57,520 nt of DNA, from assembly GCA_035258825.1 (NCBI GenBank), contig DATFWW010000173.1, positions 1 through 57,520 on the forward strand. Direction: 5' to 3'. The DNA is from Myxococcota bacterium. Its GTDB lineage: Bacteria; Myxococcota_A; UBA9160; SMWR01. This document shows positions 1 to 8,611 of the stretch, in pieces (the stretch's first letter is position 1; every line of letters begins with the position of its first letter). The notes beneath the pieces are model-generated. The model was not told the DNA's origin. It saw nothing but the letters and a program-made list of their open reading frames with translations, and ran no database searches. A program made the translations under genes and the position numbers.

Positions 1-423
1 GAGCCGTGAGAGCTCGCGCGGACCGCGCGCGAGCTCGCAGGCATCCACCGCCGTGCGCAGGAGAACGGTGAGCCCCACCGCTTTCGCGCACGCCTGCGCC
101 GCGAGCTCCGCAAACGCCGGCGGGCGGATCGGGAGATAGCGCACGCGCCCCGCCACCTCCGGATCGCCCGCGCCGCCGCTCTTCGCGAGCGCCTCCGCGA
201 AGCGCGTGGGCAGGCCCGGGTGGACGAGCTGTGGATAGTCGGTGTCCTGGAGATAGAGGCCGCAGATCGTGTGCACGAGCGCGTGGGTGGCGTTGCCGCC
301 CAGCGCCGGGTCGCGATCGATCAGCACCGTCGCGGCACCCGCCGTCGCAGCCGCGAGCGCGGCCGCGATCCCGGCGGGTCCGCCTCCCACCACGGCGACG
401 TCGCAGTGCGCCGCGCGCTTCAA
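1..423 (-). CDS. FAD-dependent oxidoreductase, N-terminal part (gene runs off the window start)
   Basis: My own minus-strand translation from TTG 423..421 gives (L)KRAAHCDVAVVGGGPAGIAAALAAATAGAATVLIDRDPALGGN..., a GxGxxG dinucleotide-binding fold. It is absent from the ORF track because it leaves the window. TTGA overlap with the stop of the preceding gene (420..422). Confidence 0.6.
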   Translation of the reverse strand, partial: MKRAAHCDVAVVGGGPAGIAAALAAATAGAATVLIDRDPALGGNATHALVHTICGLYLQDTDYPQLVHPGLPTRFAEALAKSGGAGDPEVAGRVRYLPIRPPAFAELAAQACAKAVGLTVLLRTAVDACELARGPRELSRL

Positions 424-1799
424 CCGAGCAGGTCCGCGGCGAGCCGCTGCCGAAACACCTCGAGCTCGCCCGGTTGCCAAGCGTCGCGCTGCCGCACGTG
501 CGTCCAAGCGACGCGCCCCGCGTGCAGCGCGAGCACGAGCCCGCTGCCCGGCGACGCGGGGACCGACGGCACGCCGAACCCGTCTTCGATCTCGGCACCG
601 AAGAACCGCGCGAGGCCCGGGCAGAACTCGCCCGTGAAGGCGAAGAAGAACGAGCACAGCTCTCCGCCGAGCGCGTACCGCGCGAGGATCCCGTACAGCC
701 GGCTCGGCGCATAGCGCGCGAAGTCCATCGCGGCGGCGCCGTTCTCGATCTGGCCGCTGCGGATCGCGTTGCGCCGCTGATCGCGGAGCGCGGCGAGCAG
801 CGCATCGAGATCGTCGACGCACGCCGACGGAACCTGGAACCAGAGCAGCGATACGCGCGTGCGGAAGATTCCGCCGTCGCTGCCCTTCGGCCGCAGGTTG
901 ACTGGCAGCGGCACGACGTAGCTCGCGGGCACCGCGCCGCGCTTCACCATCACGGCGTGGTGGGCGCGGATCGCGACGCCGAGATAGAAGATCATCGGGG
1001 TCAGGAACCCGGCGAGTTCGGCAGCGCGCTGGACCACGCGCGCGCTGTTCGAGGCGGACAGGTGCGCGCGCGCGATCGCGAGGTCCTGGCGCGCGCCGCG
1101 CTCGGGGCCCGCGGGCGAGCGCACCGGCAGCCGGCCGAGCCCGTTCATCCAGCGCTGCCACTCCATCGCCATGTTGCCGCGCTCGCTCGACGCTGCGGGC
1201 AGCGCCACGTCGGGCGGCGCGCCGGGGCGATCGGCCGCGGGCACTGCGTCGGGCGTGCGCGCGCCGGAGCGGCACTCTTCGAGGAACTCCACGAAGCGCT
1301 CGCTGCCCCAGCCGTCGAACAACATGTGCAGCCAGGTGAGCGCGAGGTCGGTGCGGCCGTCGGCATAACGCACGGCGTCGGCGCGCAACAGCCCCGCGCG
1401 CCCGCCGGGATGCAGCTCGTTCAGGCGCTCCGCGAACAGCTCGGGCAGCTCGACGGGCGCATTCCAATCTCCGGGCGGCGGTGCGTCGGTCTCGTGCAGC
1501 TCGAACACGGGCCCGGCCGCGCGCGCGGCGAGGTCGAGGCGGTATTCGGCGTGGCCGACCACGCCGCGCCGGCGGATCGGCGCGCGCAGGATCGGGTTCG
1601 CATCGACCACCTGGCCCAACACGCGCGCGAACTCGTCGGGTGAGAAGCCCGGACCCAGGCGCAGCACGACCTGCGAGAGGTGGTTGGCGCGGTTGCGGCG
1701 CCGCGTCTCCGCATCGAATGCGAGCAGGAAGGCGTCGGCGCCCGTGAGCGGAATCCGGGCAGGGTGGGCAGACGTCTTCTTCGCAGGCTCCCCGCTCAT
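420..1799 (-). CDS. Stand-alone condensation-domain / WS-DGAT-like acyltransferase
   Basis: Lies inside the 563-aa ORF 420..2111. Believable protein begins at MSGEPAKKTSAHPARIPLTGADAFLL. WLHMLFDGWG matches the HxxxDG acyl-transfer motif. ATG 1799 overlaps the ACP stop (ATGA). Confidence 0.7.
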   Translation of the reverse strand: MSGEPAKKTSAHPARIPLTGADAFLLAFDAETRRRNRANHLSQVVLRLGPGFSPDEFARVLGQVVDANPILRAPIRRRGVVGHAEYRLDLAARAAGPVFELHETDAPPPGDWNAPVELPELFAERLNELHPGGRAGLLRADAVRYADGRTDLALTWLHMLFDGWGSERFVEFLEECRSGARTPDAVPAADRPGAPPDVALPAASSERGNMAMEWQRWMNGLGRLPVRSPAGPERGARQDLAIARAHLSASNSARVVQRAAELAGFLTPMIFYLGVAIRAHHAVMVKRGAVPASYVVPLPVNLRPKGSDGGIFRTRVSLLWFQVPSACVDDLDALLAALRDQRRNAIRSGQIENGAAAMDFARYAPSRLYGILARYALGGELCSFFFAFTGEFCPGLARFFGAEIEDGFGVPSVPASPGSGLVLALHAGRVAWTHVRQRDAWQPGELEVFRQRLAADLLG

Positions 1800-2086
1800 C
1801 CTCGGGATCCCGCAGACGTTGGCCCGCCAGCGACATACTCGTAGATCGACGCGGCCAGCGTCTCGGCCGTCTCGAGGTTCTCGGGGGTGAGCAGACTCTC
1901 GTCGGCCCAGACGCCCGTGGCCTCCTCGATCGCGAGCATCAACTGGGTGACCGCGAGCGAATCGAGCCCCGACTCGATCAGGTTCGACTGCGGCGAGAAA
2001 TCGCCGTCGACCGCGAGCAGATCGTCGCGCAGGATCCGGTGGATCAGATCCGTGAGGCGCTCGCGCGTCCAGCCGTTCGTGCTCAT
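1796..2086 (-). CDS. Acyl carrier protein
   Basis: 96-aa ORF. NLIESGLDSLAVTQLMLAIEE carries the phosphopantetheine-attachment Ser (DSL). Size and acidic composition are typical of an ACP. Confidence 0.85.
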   Translation of the reverse strand: MSTNGWTRERLTDLIHRILRDDLLAVDGDFSPQSNLIESGLDSLAVTQLMLAIEEATGVWADESLLTPENLETAETLAASIYEYVAGGPTSAGSRG

Positions 2087-2153
2087 CTCGCGCGCAATGT
2101 AGCGAGCCCATTCACGCGCGCAGCGCGCGCAGAGGTGGATCGCGCGGCACGGC

Positions 2154-3428
2154 GTGCACTATCCTGCCGGCGTGCCCCGACACGTGGCGATCCTGGGGGC
2201 GGGCCCTGCAGGCGCCTCGCTCGCGGCCTATCTCGCGCGACATCGCGCGCGCCGCGGCGGGGCTCCCGAGTTCGAGGTCACGCTCTTCGACGGCGGGACT
2301 AGGCCGCCGCTCGTCGTCGGCGAGTCGCTCGTGCCCGCGGTGGTACCGTTCCTGCAGCGGCTCGGGATCGAGGCCGAGGTGGCTGCGTACTCCACCTTCA
2401 AGCCCGGCGCGATCTTCCGCTTCGGGCTCGACGACCTGCTCGCATTCCGCTTCGACGAGGTGCGCGGCGCGCATACGACGTACTCCTACAACGTGCCGCG
2501 CGATCGCTTCGACGCTTCGGTGCGCGATGCCGCGCTCGCCGCGGGCGCGCGCCTCGTGTCGCAGCACGCGCGCGTCGAGCGCGAGGGGTCGGGCGAGCGG
2601 GTGCGGCTCGCGCAGGCCAGCCTCGATGCCGCGGAGCTCGCGCGGCAGCCCGACTTCATCGTCGATGCGGGCGGGCGCGGCCGCCAGCTCGCGCGACTGC
2701 TCGATCTCCCGGTCGTGCAGGGCGATCGCCGCGACACCGCGCTGCACGCGCACCTCGAAGGCGTCGCACTGATCAACCCGAACGACATCCACACCGACCG
2801 GCTCGAGCACGGCTGGTCGTGGCGGATCCCGTTGCCGGGCCGCGTGTCGGTGGGCCTCGTGATGGATCCCGCCGCGCTGCGCGAGTTCGGCGGCGACGTC
2901 GAGGAGCAGTTCGACGGCTACCTGCGACACGACCCGCAGCTCTCGGACTGGGGGGTCACCGCGAAGCGCATCTCGCCCGTGATGAAGTACACGAACTACC
3001 AGCTGCGCCATACGCGCGGCCTCGGAGCTAATTGGGCGCTGGTAGGCGATGCGTTCGGGTTCATCGATCCCGTGTTCTCGAGCGGCCTGCTGATCGCGCT
3101 CGACGGCGCCTGGAATCTCGCGCAGGGCCTCTACCGCGACAGCGAGCGCGCGCTGCGCCGCTTCGAGGCGCGCAACCTGAAGCAGCTCGAGAACTGGCAG
3201 CGCATCGTGCGCTATTTCTACGACGGCCGCTTGTTCACGCTGTTCAAGATCGGCGAGCAGATGAGCACGCGCTGGCTCGGCCGGATGACCGACTTCCACT
3301 TCCGCCGCCACATGCCGCGCGTCGTCACGGGCGAGGCCACCACCCACCCCTACAGCATGGGCCTGCTCGACTTCATGGTGCAGTACGCGTTATGGGACCT
3401 CGATCCGCGCGAGCGCGCGGTTCGGTAG
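2154..3428 (+). CDS. Flavin-dependent halogenase-like FAD monooxygenase
   Basis: 424-aa ORF with VAILGAGPAG (GxGxxG), HGWSWRIPLPG (WxWxIP) and GDAFGFIDPVFSSGL, the motif set of flavin halogenases. GTG start; other starts nearby are possible. I could not place the catalytic Lys by eye. Confidence 0.65.
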   Translation: MHYPAGVPRHVAILGAGPAGASLAAYLARHRARRGGAPEFEVTLFDGGTRPPLVVGESLVPAVVPFLQRLGIEAEVAAYSTFKPGAIFRFGLDDLLAFRFDEVRGAHTTYSYNVPRDRFDASVRDAALAAGARLVSQHARVEREGSGERVRLAQASLDAAELARQPDFIVDAGGRGRQLARLLDLPVVQGDRRDTALHAHLEGVALINPNDIHTDRLEHGWSWRIPLPGRVSVGLVMDPAALREFGGDVEEQFDGYLRHDPQLSDWGVTAKRISPVMKYTNYQLRHTRGLGANWALVGDAFGFIDPVFSSGLLIALDGAWNLAQGLYRDSERALRRFEARNLKQLENWQRIVRYFYDGRLFTLFKIGEQMSTRWLGRMTDFHFRRHMPRVVTGEATTHPYSMGLLDFMVQYALWDLDPRERAVR

Positions 3429-3433
3429 CGCAC

Positions 3434-4966
3434 ATGCGGTTCCACGAGGAGGCGGCCCACGACCGCTACGACGCGATCGTGATCGGCAGCGGGCTCGGCG
3501 GACTCACCTGCGCGGCGCTGCTCGCGCGCGCGGGGCAGCGCGTGCTGATCGTCGAGCGCCACGACCGACCGGGTGGCTATGCGCACGCGTTCCGCCGCCG
3601 CGGCTATCGCTTCGATTCGGCGGTGCACCTCGTCTCCGGCTGCGAGCCGGTTCCGTTCGAGGGCGGCGGTGTGCTGCACGATCTGCTCTCCGAGCTCGGC
3701 GTGCGCGATCGCTGCGACTTCGCGCGCGTCGACCCGTGCTACCGCGTCGAGTGGCCGGGCCTCACACTCGACGCTCCGTGCGAGCTCGACCGATTCGCCG
3801 AGGCGCACGCGGAGCGCTTCCCGCGCGAGGCGAAGGGGATCCGCGGCTTCCTCGAGGACTGCCTGACCATCCGCGGCGAAGCGAGCCGCGCCGAGGAGCA
3901 GGCCGGCGCGGGGCCGCTGCGGCGACCCGAGCGCTTCCCGCTGCTGCTGCGCTACCGGCGCGCCACGCTCGCGCAGGTGCTCGGCGCGCGCGTCGAGGAT
4001 CCCGCGGCGTGCGCCGCGCTCGCGGCGCTGTGGCCCTATCTCGGGCTGCCGCCGTCGCGCGTGTCGTTCCTCTACTTCGCAACGATGCTCACGAGCTACG
4101 TCGCCGACGGCGCCTACTACTGCCGCGGGTCGTTCCAGGCGTTCGCAGACGCGCTCGTGGCCGCAGCGGTCGGGTCGGGCGGCGAGCTACTGCTGCGCGC
4201 GCCGGCGCGGCGGATCCTCGTGGAGCGCGGGCGCGCCGTGGGTGTGCTGCTCGAGAACGGGCAGCTCGTGCGCGCTTCGTGCGTGATCTCGAACGCCGAC
4301 GCGCGTCAGACGGTCGAGGAGCTGTGCGGAGCGGAGCACTTCCCGGTGCGCTATGTCGCGCGGCTGCACGCGATGTCGCGCTCGATCTCCGCGTTCGTCG
4401 TCTACGCCGCGACCTCGCTCGATCTCGCCGCCGCCGACCTCGCCCATGAGACCTTCGTCTACCCGGGGCCCGATCACGAAGCCGCCTGGGCGAGCGGGAA
4501 GGGCGGTGTGCCCAACTGGCTCTCGCTGACCGTGCCGACGCTCGTCGACCCCTCGCTCGCGCCGCCGGGCCAACACCTGCTCGTGCTCACGACGCTCGTC
4601 GACGGGCACGCGCGCGCGCCCTGGCGCGAGCTCAAGGGGCCGCGCACCGAGGCGCTGCTGCGCCGCGCCGAGCGCCGGCTGCCCGGCCTGCGCGACTCGC
4701 TGCGCCTCGCCGAGGCCGCCACGCCGCGCACGATGGAGCGCTACACGCGCAACAGCGGCGGTGCGATCTACGGCTTCGACGTCACGCCCGCGCAGGTCGG
4801 CCCGGGCCGCCTCGACAACCGCACTCCGCTCGCGGGCCTCTACCTCGCCGGTCACTGGACCCGCCCGGGCGGCGGCGTCGCGGGCGTCGTGCGGTCGGGG
4901 ATGCGCACCGCGGGGCTCGTGCTCGGCGCGGACCAGGGCACTCAGCCCGATCGCACCGTTCGGTGA
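3434..4966 (+). CDS. NAD(P)/FAD-dependent oxidoreductase, phytoene desaturase (CrtI)-like family
   Basis: In-frame ATG 3434 inside the 644-aa ORF. MRFHEEAAHDRYDAIVIGSGLGGLTCAALLARAGQRVLIVERHDRPGGY is a Rossmann FAD site. 5-nt gap after the previous gene. Confidence 0.75.
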   Translation: MRFHEEAAHDRYDAIVIGSGLGGLTCAALLARAGQRVLIVERHDRPGGYAHAFRRRGYRFDSAVHLVSGCEPVPFEGGGVLHDLLSELGVRDRCDFARVDPCYRVEWPGLTLDAPCELDRFAEAHAERFPREAKGIRGFLEDCLTIRGEASRAEEQAGAGPLRRPERFPLLLRYRRATLAQVLGARVEDPAACAALAALWPYLGLPPSRVSFLYFATMLTSYVADGAYYCRGSFQAFADALVAAAVGSGGELLLRAPARRILVERGRAVGVLLENGQLVRASCVISNADARQTVEELCGAEHFPVRYVARLHAMSRSISAFVVYAATSLDLAAADLAHETFVYPGPDHEAAWASGKGGVPNWLSLTVPTLVDPSLAPPGQHLLVLTTLVDGHARAPWRELKGPRTEALLRRAERRLPGLRDSLRLAEAATPRTMERYTRNSGGAIYGFDVTPAQVGPGRLDNRTPLAGLYLAGHWTRPGGGVAGVVRSGMRTAGLVLGADQGTQPDRTVR

Positions 4967-4973
4967 CCTAACT

Positions 4974-5020
4974 GGATTCGCGAATTCGAATCCCACACAT
5001 ATCGGTGTGGGATAATTTCC
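4974..5020 (+). terminator. Candidate intrinsic terminator (two adjacent hairpins)
   Basis: Hairpins ggattcg-N6-cgaatcc (4974..4993) and cccacac-atatcg-gtgtggg (4992..5011), followed by ataattt, directly after stop 4966. The T-tract is short, so this is a weak call. Confidence 0.4.
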
Positions 5021-5150
5021 GAGGCTCGGGGTGCGCCGCATAGCAGCAGCGTGAATTTTTCTTGAAGGTGTGACATTCGACTTGACGACCTCACGATCCC
5101 CATGCGAGGAGATTCGCATCGCAGCGGGGAGGAGTCTGTGAGCCGTTGCG

Positions 5151-5477
5151 ATGGCCCTGGTGTTGTGCGTCATGGGCTGCGCCTAACAGTATCAATTCAA
5201 CACGGGTGCTCCGCCGTCGGGTCAGCGCGTCGAAGAGTGGCGACACATCGGACTCTGGGGATGGATCGACGCAGCTCCCGTCGACCTGGAGCAGGCATGC
5301 CCCTCCGGGGTCAGCCGGTTCGGCAGCTACATCAGCTTCACGAATTGGCTTCCGGGGTTCTTCACGCTCGGTCTCTATGCGCCGCGAACCGTGTTCATCG
5401 AGTGCGCTCGGGCGGGAGCAACCCAGCCGGCCGCGCCGACCACGAATGCCACCCAAGTTCACGAGGTCCAACCATGA
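5151..5477 (+). pseudogene. Bor-like lipoprotein gene, copy 1, with an in-frame TAA after the lipobox
   Basis: My translation: MALVLCVMGCA*QYQFNTGAPPSGQRVEEWRHIGLWGWIDAAPVDLEQACPSGVSRFGSYISFTNWLPGFFTLGLYAPRTVFIECA... This parallels E. coli/lambda Bor as I recall it (LITGCAQQTFTV..HHFFVSGIGQ..VDAAKIC..TLGIYTP..VYC). TAA 5184..5186 sits where Bor has Gln. Not in the ORF track because no Met follows the stop. Confidence 0.7.
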
Positions 5478-5862
5478 TGCGCGTCATTGCCGCTCTCGTC
5501 TCGGCCGCGCTGGTGCTCGGGTGCGGCCCGTATCGGATCAAGTACGAATATCCCAGCCATGCCGTAGCTCCCGATCGGACGTTCGAGGTGGTGAAGGGCC
5601 ACGCGCACGGAATCGGCCCGCTGCTCATCGGCGGCGGGGGTAATTCTTCCTGCTGCAGTCGATGAGCCCGGCGTTGATCGACTATACGGGTGAAGTGGAC
5701 CTGCGGACGGTCTGCCCGACTGGCTACGACGCCATCTCCGAGATTCAGCACTATCACAACTTCGGGCAGAACGCGCTGGCCGCGTTGATCTCCTGGGTTG
5801 GGATCGTCAACTGGTATCACCGATCGAACGTGGTCCACGAGTGCGTGCGATCGGAGGCCTGA
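5474..5862 (+). pseudogene. Bor-like lipoprotein gene, copy 2, frameshifted
   Basis: MMRVIAALVSAALVLGCGPYRIKYE... (lipobox LGC) stops at 5663..5665. The Bor-type core FFLLQSMSPALIDYTGEVDLRTVCPTGYDAISEIQHYHNFGQNALAALISWVGIVNWYHRSNVVHECV continues in the -1 frame (ORF 5662..5862). ATGA overlap with copy 1. Confidence 0.6.
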
Positions 5863-5903
5863 GTTTTGACAGGGACCTCGGATCGGGCGTAGGATGCGGG
5901 CGC

Positions 5904-6476
5904 GTGATTCAGGGCCGCCGCGCTTGGATAGGTCATCGAACGACCCCGTTCGTCGGGCGATATGCGGCGGTGTCGCTCGCCGCCGCGTGCTTGGTATCCG
6001 CCACTTCGGCGACCGCCGTCGAAACGACACTGAAATGTCCAACGTCGACCGTCCTCCCGAGTCAGACCGTTACCATCCACGTGCGGATCGAGAACTCGGG
6101 CTGCGCACCGGAGGACGTGCGGCTCTCGTCGCTGCTGACGGCCAACGGGAATCAGAGCGTCGGCAGCACCGCGATCGCCGGACCGAAGGTCGCCGCATCG
6201 AACCTTGTGGTCCCGGCCGGAAACTGCTCGTTCCCGCCCGTATCCGGGGTCTACGAGAGCGATCTGCAGGCGGCTCCCGCGGTGCCGGCGTCGTTCGCCG
6301 GAAAGGTCGCGGGTGTCGTTCTCCTCACGGATTCGAGCTCTGGCACTGACACCGACGTCTGCGTGGTGAGCGTGCCCGAACCGACCCGCGGATTGCAGCT
6401 CTGCTCGGGCCTGGTCGGGCTCGTTGTCCTCGCTCACGTGCACCGCGCTCGCTCGCGATCGGAGAGACGAACATGA
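5904..6476 (+). CDS. Secreted PEP-CTERM protein (CARDB/Ig-like body)
   Basis: 211-aa ORF, likely starting at GTG 5904. Signal peptide ends ..AACLVSATSATA. The C-terminus VPEPTRGLQLCSGLVGLVVLAHVHRARSRSERRT (from 6372) is a PEP motif plus TM helix plus Arg-rich tail. Confidence 0.7.
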   Translation: MIQGRRAWIGHRTTPFVGRYAAVSLAAACLVSATSATAVETTLKCPTSTVLPSQTVTIHVRIENSGCAPEDVRLSSLLTANGNQSVGSTAIAGPKVAASNLVVPAGNCSFPPVSGVYESDLQAAPAVPASFAGKVAGVVLLTDSSSGTDTDVCVVSVPEPTRGLQLCSGLVGLVVLAHVHRARSRSERRT

Positions 6477-7006
6477 CCACCTGCCGAACGATTCTCGTCT
6501 CGTGTGCTCATCTCGTCTTCGCGGCAAATCTGGCGGCGGCGGCCGACCTCCGCACGAAGACGAGCCTCGCGTGCGCCACAACGGCCGCCCAGGGTTCGAC
6601 CCTGACGATGAACGTCCATCTCGAGAGCAGAGAGTGTGCCCCGCTCACGGTTCGGCTCGTGACTGCGATCGCGGGCAACGCGAACGGAACGCTCGCGGGA
6701 GTCGGCGTCTATGGTCCGGTCGTGGCGAACCAGGTCATCATCCCGGCGGCCACCGACAACGGGGCGACCTGCAATCTGACCTATCACTTCTGCAATTCGT
6801 ACGGGGGCACGTGCAATTCCAACGCCGACTGCGCCTGCCTCAACGTGACGCCGTCGAGTCTCGACCTTCCGTCCCAGTCGGCGCCTCCCGCCGTACCGGC
6901 TGCGCTCGTGGGTACCGTGGAAGGCCACCTGCTGATCACCGAGTGGCAGGGCACCCCCGGGAAGGCCACGCGCGTGGATCAGTGTCTCGTCGAGGTCACT
7001 CCCTGA
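6473..7006 (+). CDS. Secreted Cys-rich paralog of the PEP-CTERM protein, lacking the anchor
   Basis: 177-aa ORF with ATGA overlap and a signal peptide. TLTMNVHLESRECAPLTVRL parallels TVTIHVRIENSGCAPEDVRL of the neighbour. It ends CLVEVTP* where the neighbour reads CVVSVPEP. Confidence 0.65.
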   Translation: MTTCRTILVSCAHLVFAANLAAAADLRTKTSLACATTAAQGSTLTMNVHLESRECAPLTVRLVTAIAGNANGTLAGVGVYGPVVANQVIIPAATDNGATCNLTYHFCNSYGGTCNSNADCACLNVTPSSLDLPSQSAPPAVPAALVGTVEGHLLITEWQGTPGKATRVDQCLVEVTP

Positions 7007-7066
7007 GTTCCGGCCGGCCACGGCGCCGGGCAGCGCGTGCGCCGGGAACGAGCTCGCCACGGCAGG

Positions 7067-8062
7067 ATGCCCGGGGCTGCATCGCTCGCCGCCGCGCTCG
7101 CGGCACTGTCGATCGCGGCCGGCTGCAGCGACAGCGGGACCGCCGTCTCCCCCACTCCGAAGCTGGACACCGAGGGCGCGGTCGAGGCCGACGAGCTGGT
7201 CCTCGACGGAATCGACCTGACAGACGCCGATTCGGCTCTCTCTGCCACGCGCGCCATCTTCCGAAAGCGGAAGGGAGGCGGTGGGTTCTTCACCTATCAC
7301 GACCTGAGGGAGAGCGTTCTCTCCGAAACGCACCTCGCGATCCGATCCGACTCTGCATCGTTCTCCTTCACACCCCTGATCGACTACGCCAAGGACATCT
7401 CGTCCCTGATCATCCGGATGGGCGCCGCGAGGGGCCGTGCCCAGAGCCTCTCGAGGCTGCTGTTCACCGATCTGGAGATCCGAATCGAATATGGGCGATC
7501 CGGGAATCTGCACCTGACCGCGAAGAAGGGGCGCTTCAACCTCGACTCCCGCTCGCTCGTCCTGGAAGAGGCGGTGACGGTGTCACCGCCGAGAGGCAAG
7601 GACCTGGCGGCGCCAATCGCGGTCCTCGCCGATGGCCACGACGGTGTCTACTTTCCGAGAGGCTATTGGCTGGACGCCCCCCCCGAACAAAAGTGCAGGG
7701 TCTCGGTCGTGTATTCCCCGGAGCTCGGAGCGGTCCAGGAATTGCGCCGGATCTGTGGGAGCACTCCGACCTACCGGAGCACCTTCTTCACGCCGAGCGA
7801 ACGGGGAACGCTCCTGGCTGCAGCGACGATCCCGGGGATCGAGTACGAGGATGTGATCGACGCCCGGGAGAAGCTCGTCCTCACCGAGTTGCTCGATCGT
7901 TTGCCACCCGGATGGAGGCAGCGTCTGCTCGGGATCATCTCCGCGCAGTCCGCCGTGACCCTGAAGCCCGCAGGCCCCGGTCCTCGGCGCGATACCAGGC
8001 TCCTCGATCGGCGCGAGCTCGATCCGAGCGCCGCGAGTTCGAGGCGCGCGACGCCGCGATAG
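7067..8062 (+). CDS. Hypothetical lipoprotein
   Basis: ORF 7037..8062. The internal ATG 7067 gives MPGAASLAAALAALSIAAGCSD (signal peptide plus lipobox Cys). I recognised no family. Confidence 0.6.
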   Translation: MPGAASLAAALAALSIAAGCSDSGTAVSPTPKLDTEGAVEADELVLDGIDLTDADSALSATRAIFRKRKGGGGFFTYHDLRESVLSETHLAIRSDSASFSFTPLIDYAKDISSLIIRMGAARGRAQSLSRLLFTDLEIRIEYGRSGNLHLTAKKGRFNLDSRSLVLEEAVTVSPPRGKDLAAPIAVLADGHDGVYFPRGYWLDAPPEQKCRVSVVYSPELGAVQELRRICGSTPTYRSTFFTPSERGTLLAAATIPGIEYEDVIDAREKLVLTELLDRLPPGWRQRLLGIISAQSAVTLKPAGPGPRRDTRLLDRRELDPSAASSRRATPR

Positions 8063-8199
8063 GCAGTCGACGAAGCGCAGCCCGCTCAACGCTCGCGGGC
8101 CGCCACCCTTCGCGGCGGCGTCGCAATGGGATACGCTGCGCCCCGTCGGCGCGCGGGGGCGCCGGCGAGAACAGGTCAAATCCTTCGGGGAGGAGGACG

Positions 8200-8598
8200 A
8201 TGGTGCGGTTCACGAACTGGTTCACAACGGGTATCGCCGCTGCGATGCTCACGCTCGGGGCAGGAGGGGTGCTCTCGGGCTGCAAGTCGGACGAGGCGGC
8301 GGCTCCTGCGAAGGCCGAGCCCGCGAAGGGCAATACCGCCCCGGCGAGCAGCAAGCTCTCGAAGGTGAAGAACGACATGTCGCCCGAGGAAGTGCAGCAC
8401 ATCATGGGATCGCCGACCGGTCAGGCGAACTATCCCACTGGCAAGACGTTCAACCCGTACAACTTCGGAAACGACAGCGGGAACCGCGTCGAATACAAGT
8501 ACAAGGGCCAGGGCCGCGTCGTGTTCGCCATTCCGAAATGGGGAGGCAATATGAAGGTGGTGCGCGTCGACTACGACCCGGCCGAAAAGGGCAACTGA
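8200..8598 (+). CDS. Small lipoprotein, SmpA/OmlA (BamE-like)
   Basis: Last 133 codons of the 724-aa ORF. A GGAGGAGGA RBS lies just upstream. MVRFTNWFTTGIAAAMLTLGAGGVLSGCKSD has a lipobox. DMSPEEVQHIMGSPTG... resembles the BamE-type fold. Confidence 0.65.
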   Translation: MVRFTNWFTTGIAAAMLTLGAGGVLSGCKSDEAAAPAKAEPAKGNTAPASSKLSKVKNDMSPEEVQHIMGSPTGQANYPTGKTFNPYNFGNDSGNRVEYKYKGQGRVVFAIPKWGGNMKVVRVDYDPAEKGN

Positions 8599-8611
8599 GC
8601 ACCGCTCCCGG

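Noticed and set aside
4974-4998. TTCGAATCC, resembling a tRNA T-loop/T-stem, at the left border of the lower-GC segment. It could have been a tRNA or a tRNA-derived att site.
   Set aside because: The 5 nt before the loop (gcgaa) do not pair with the 5 nt after it (cccac). No acceptor, D or anticodon arms can be built. No matching direct repeat appears at the other border (about 8600). It reads better as a hairpin of the terminator region.
5184-5665. Programmed stop-codon readthrough or programmed -1 frameshifting in the Bor-like genes.
   Set aside because: I see no slippery heptamer of the X XXY YYZ type and no downstream pseudoknot or hairpin at either site. Pseudogenisation or sequencing error is the simpler explanation, so I report it as such with the alternative noted.
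6424-8199. The 5' two-thirds of the 724-aa ORF 6424-8598.
   Set aside because: The composition is Arg/Gly/Pro junk, and it overlaps three well-supported genes in other frames. Only the last 133 codons (from ATG 8200, with RBS and lipobox) look real.
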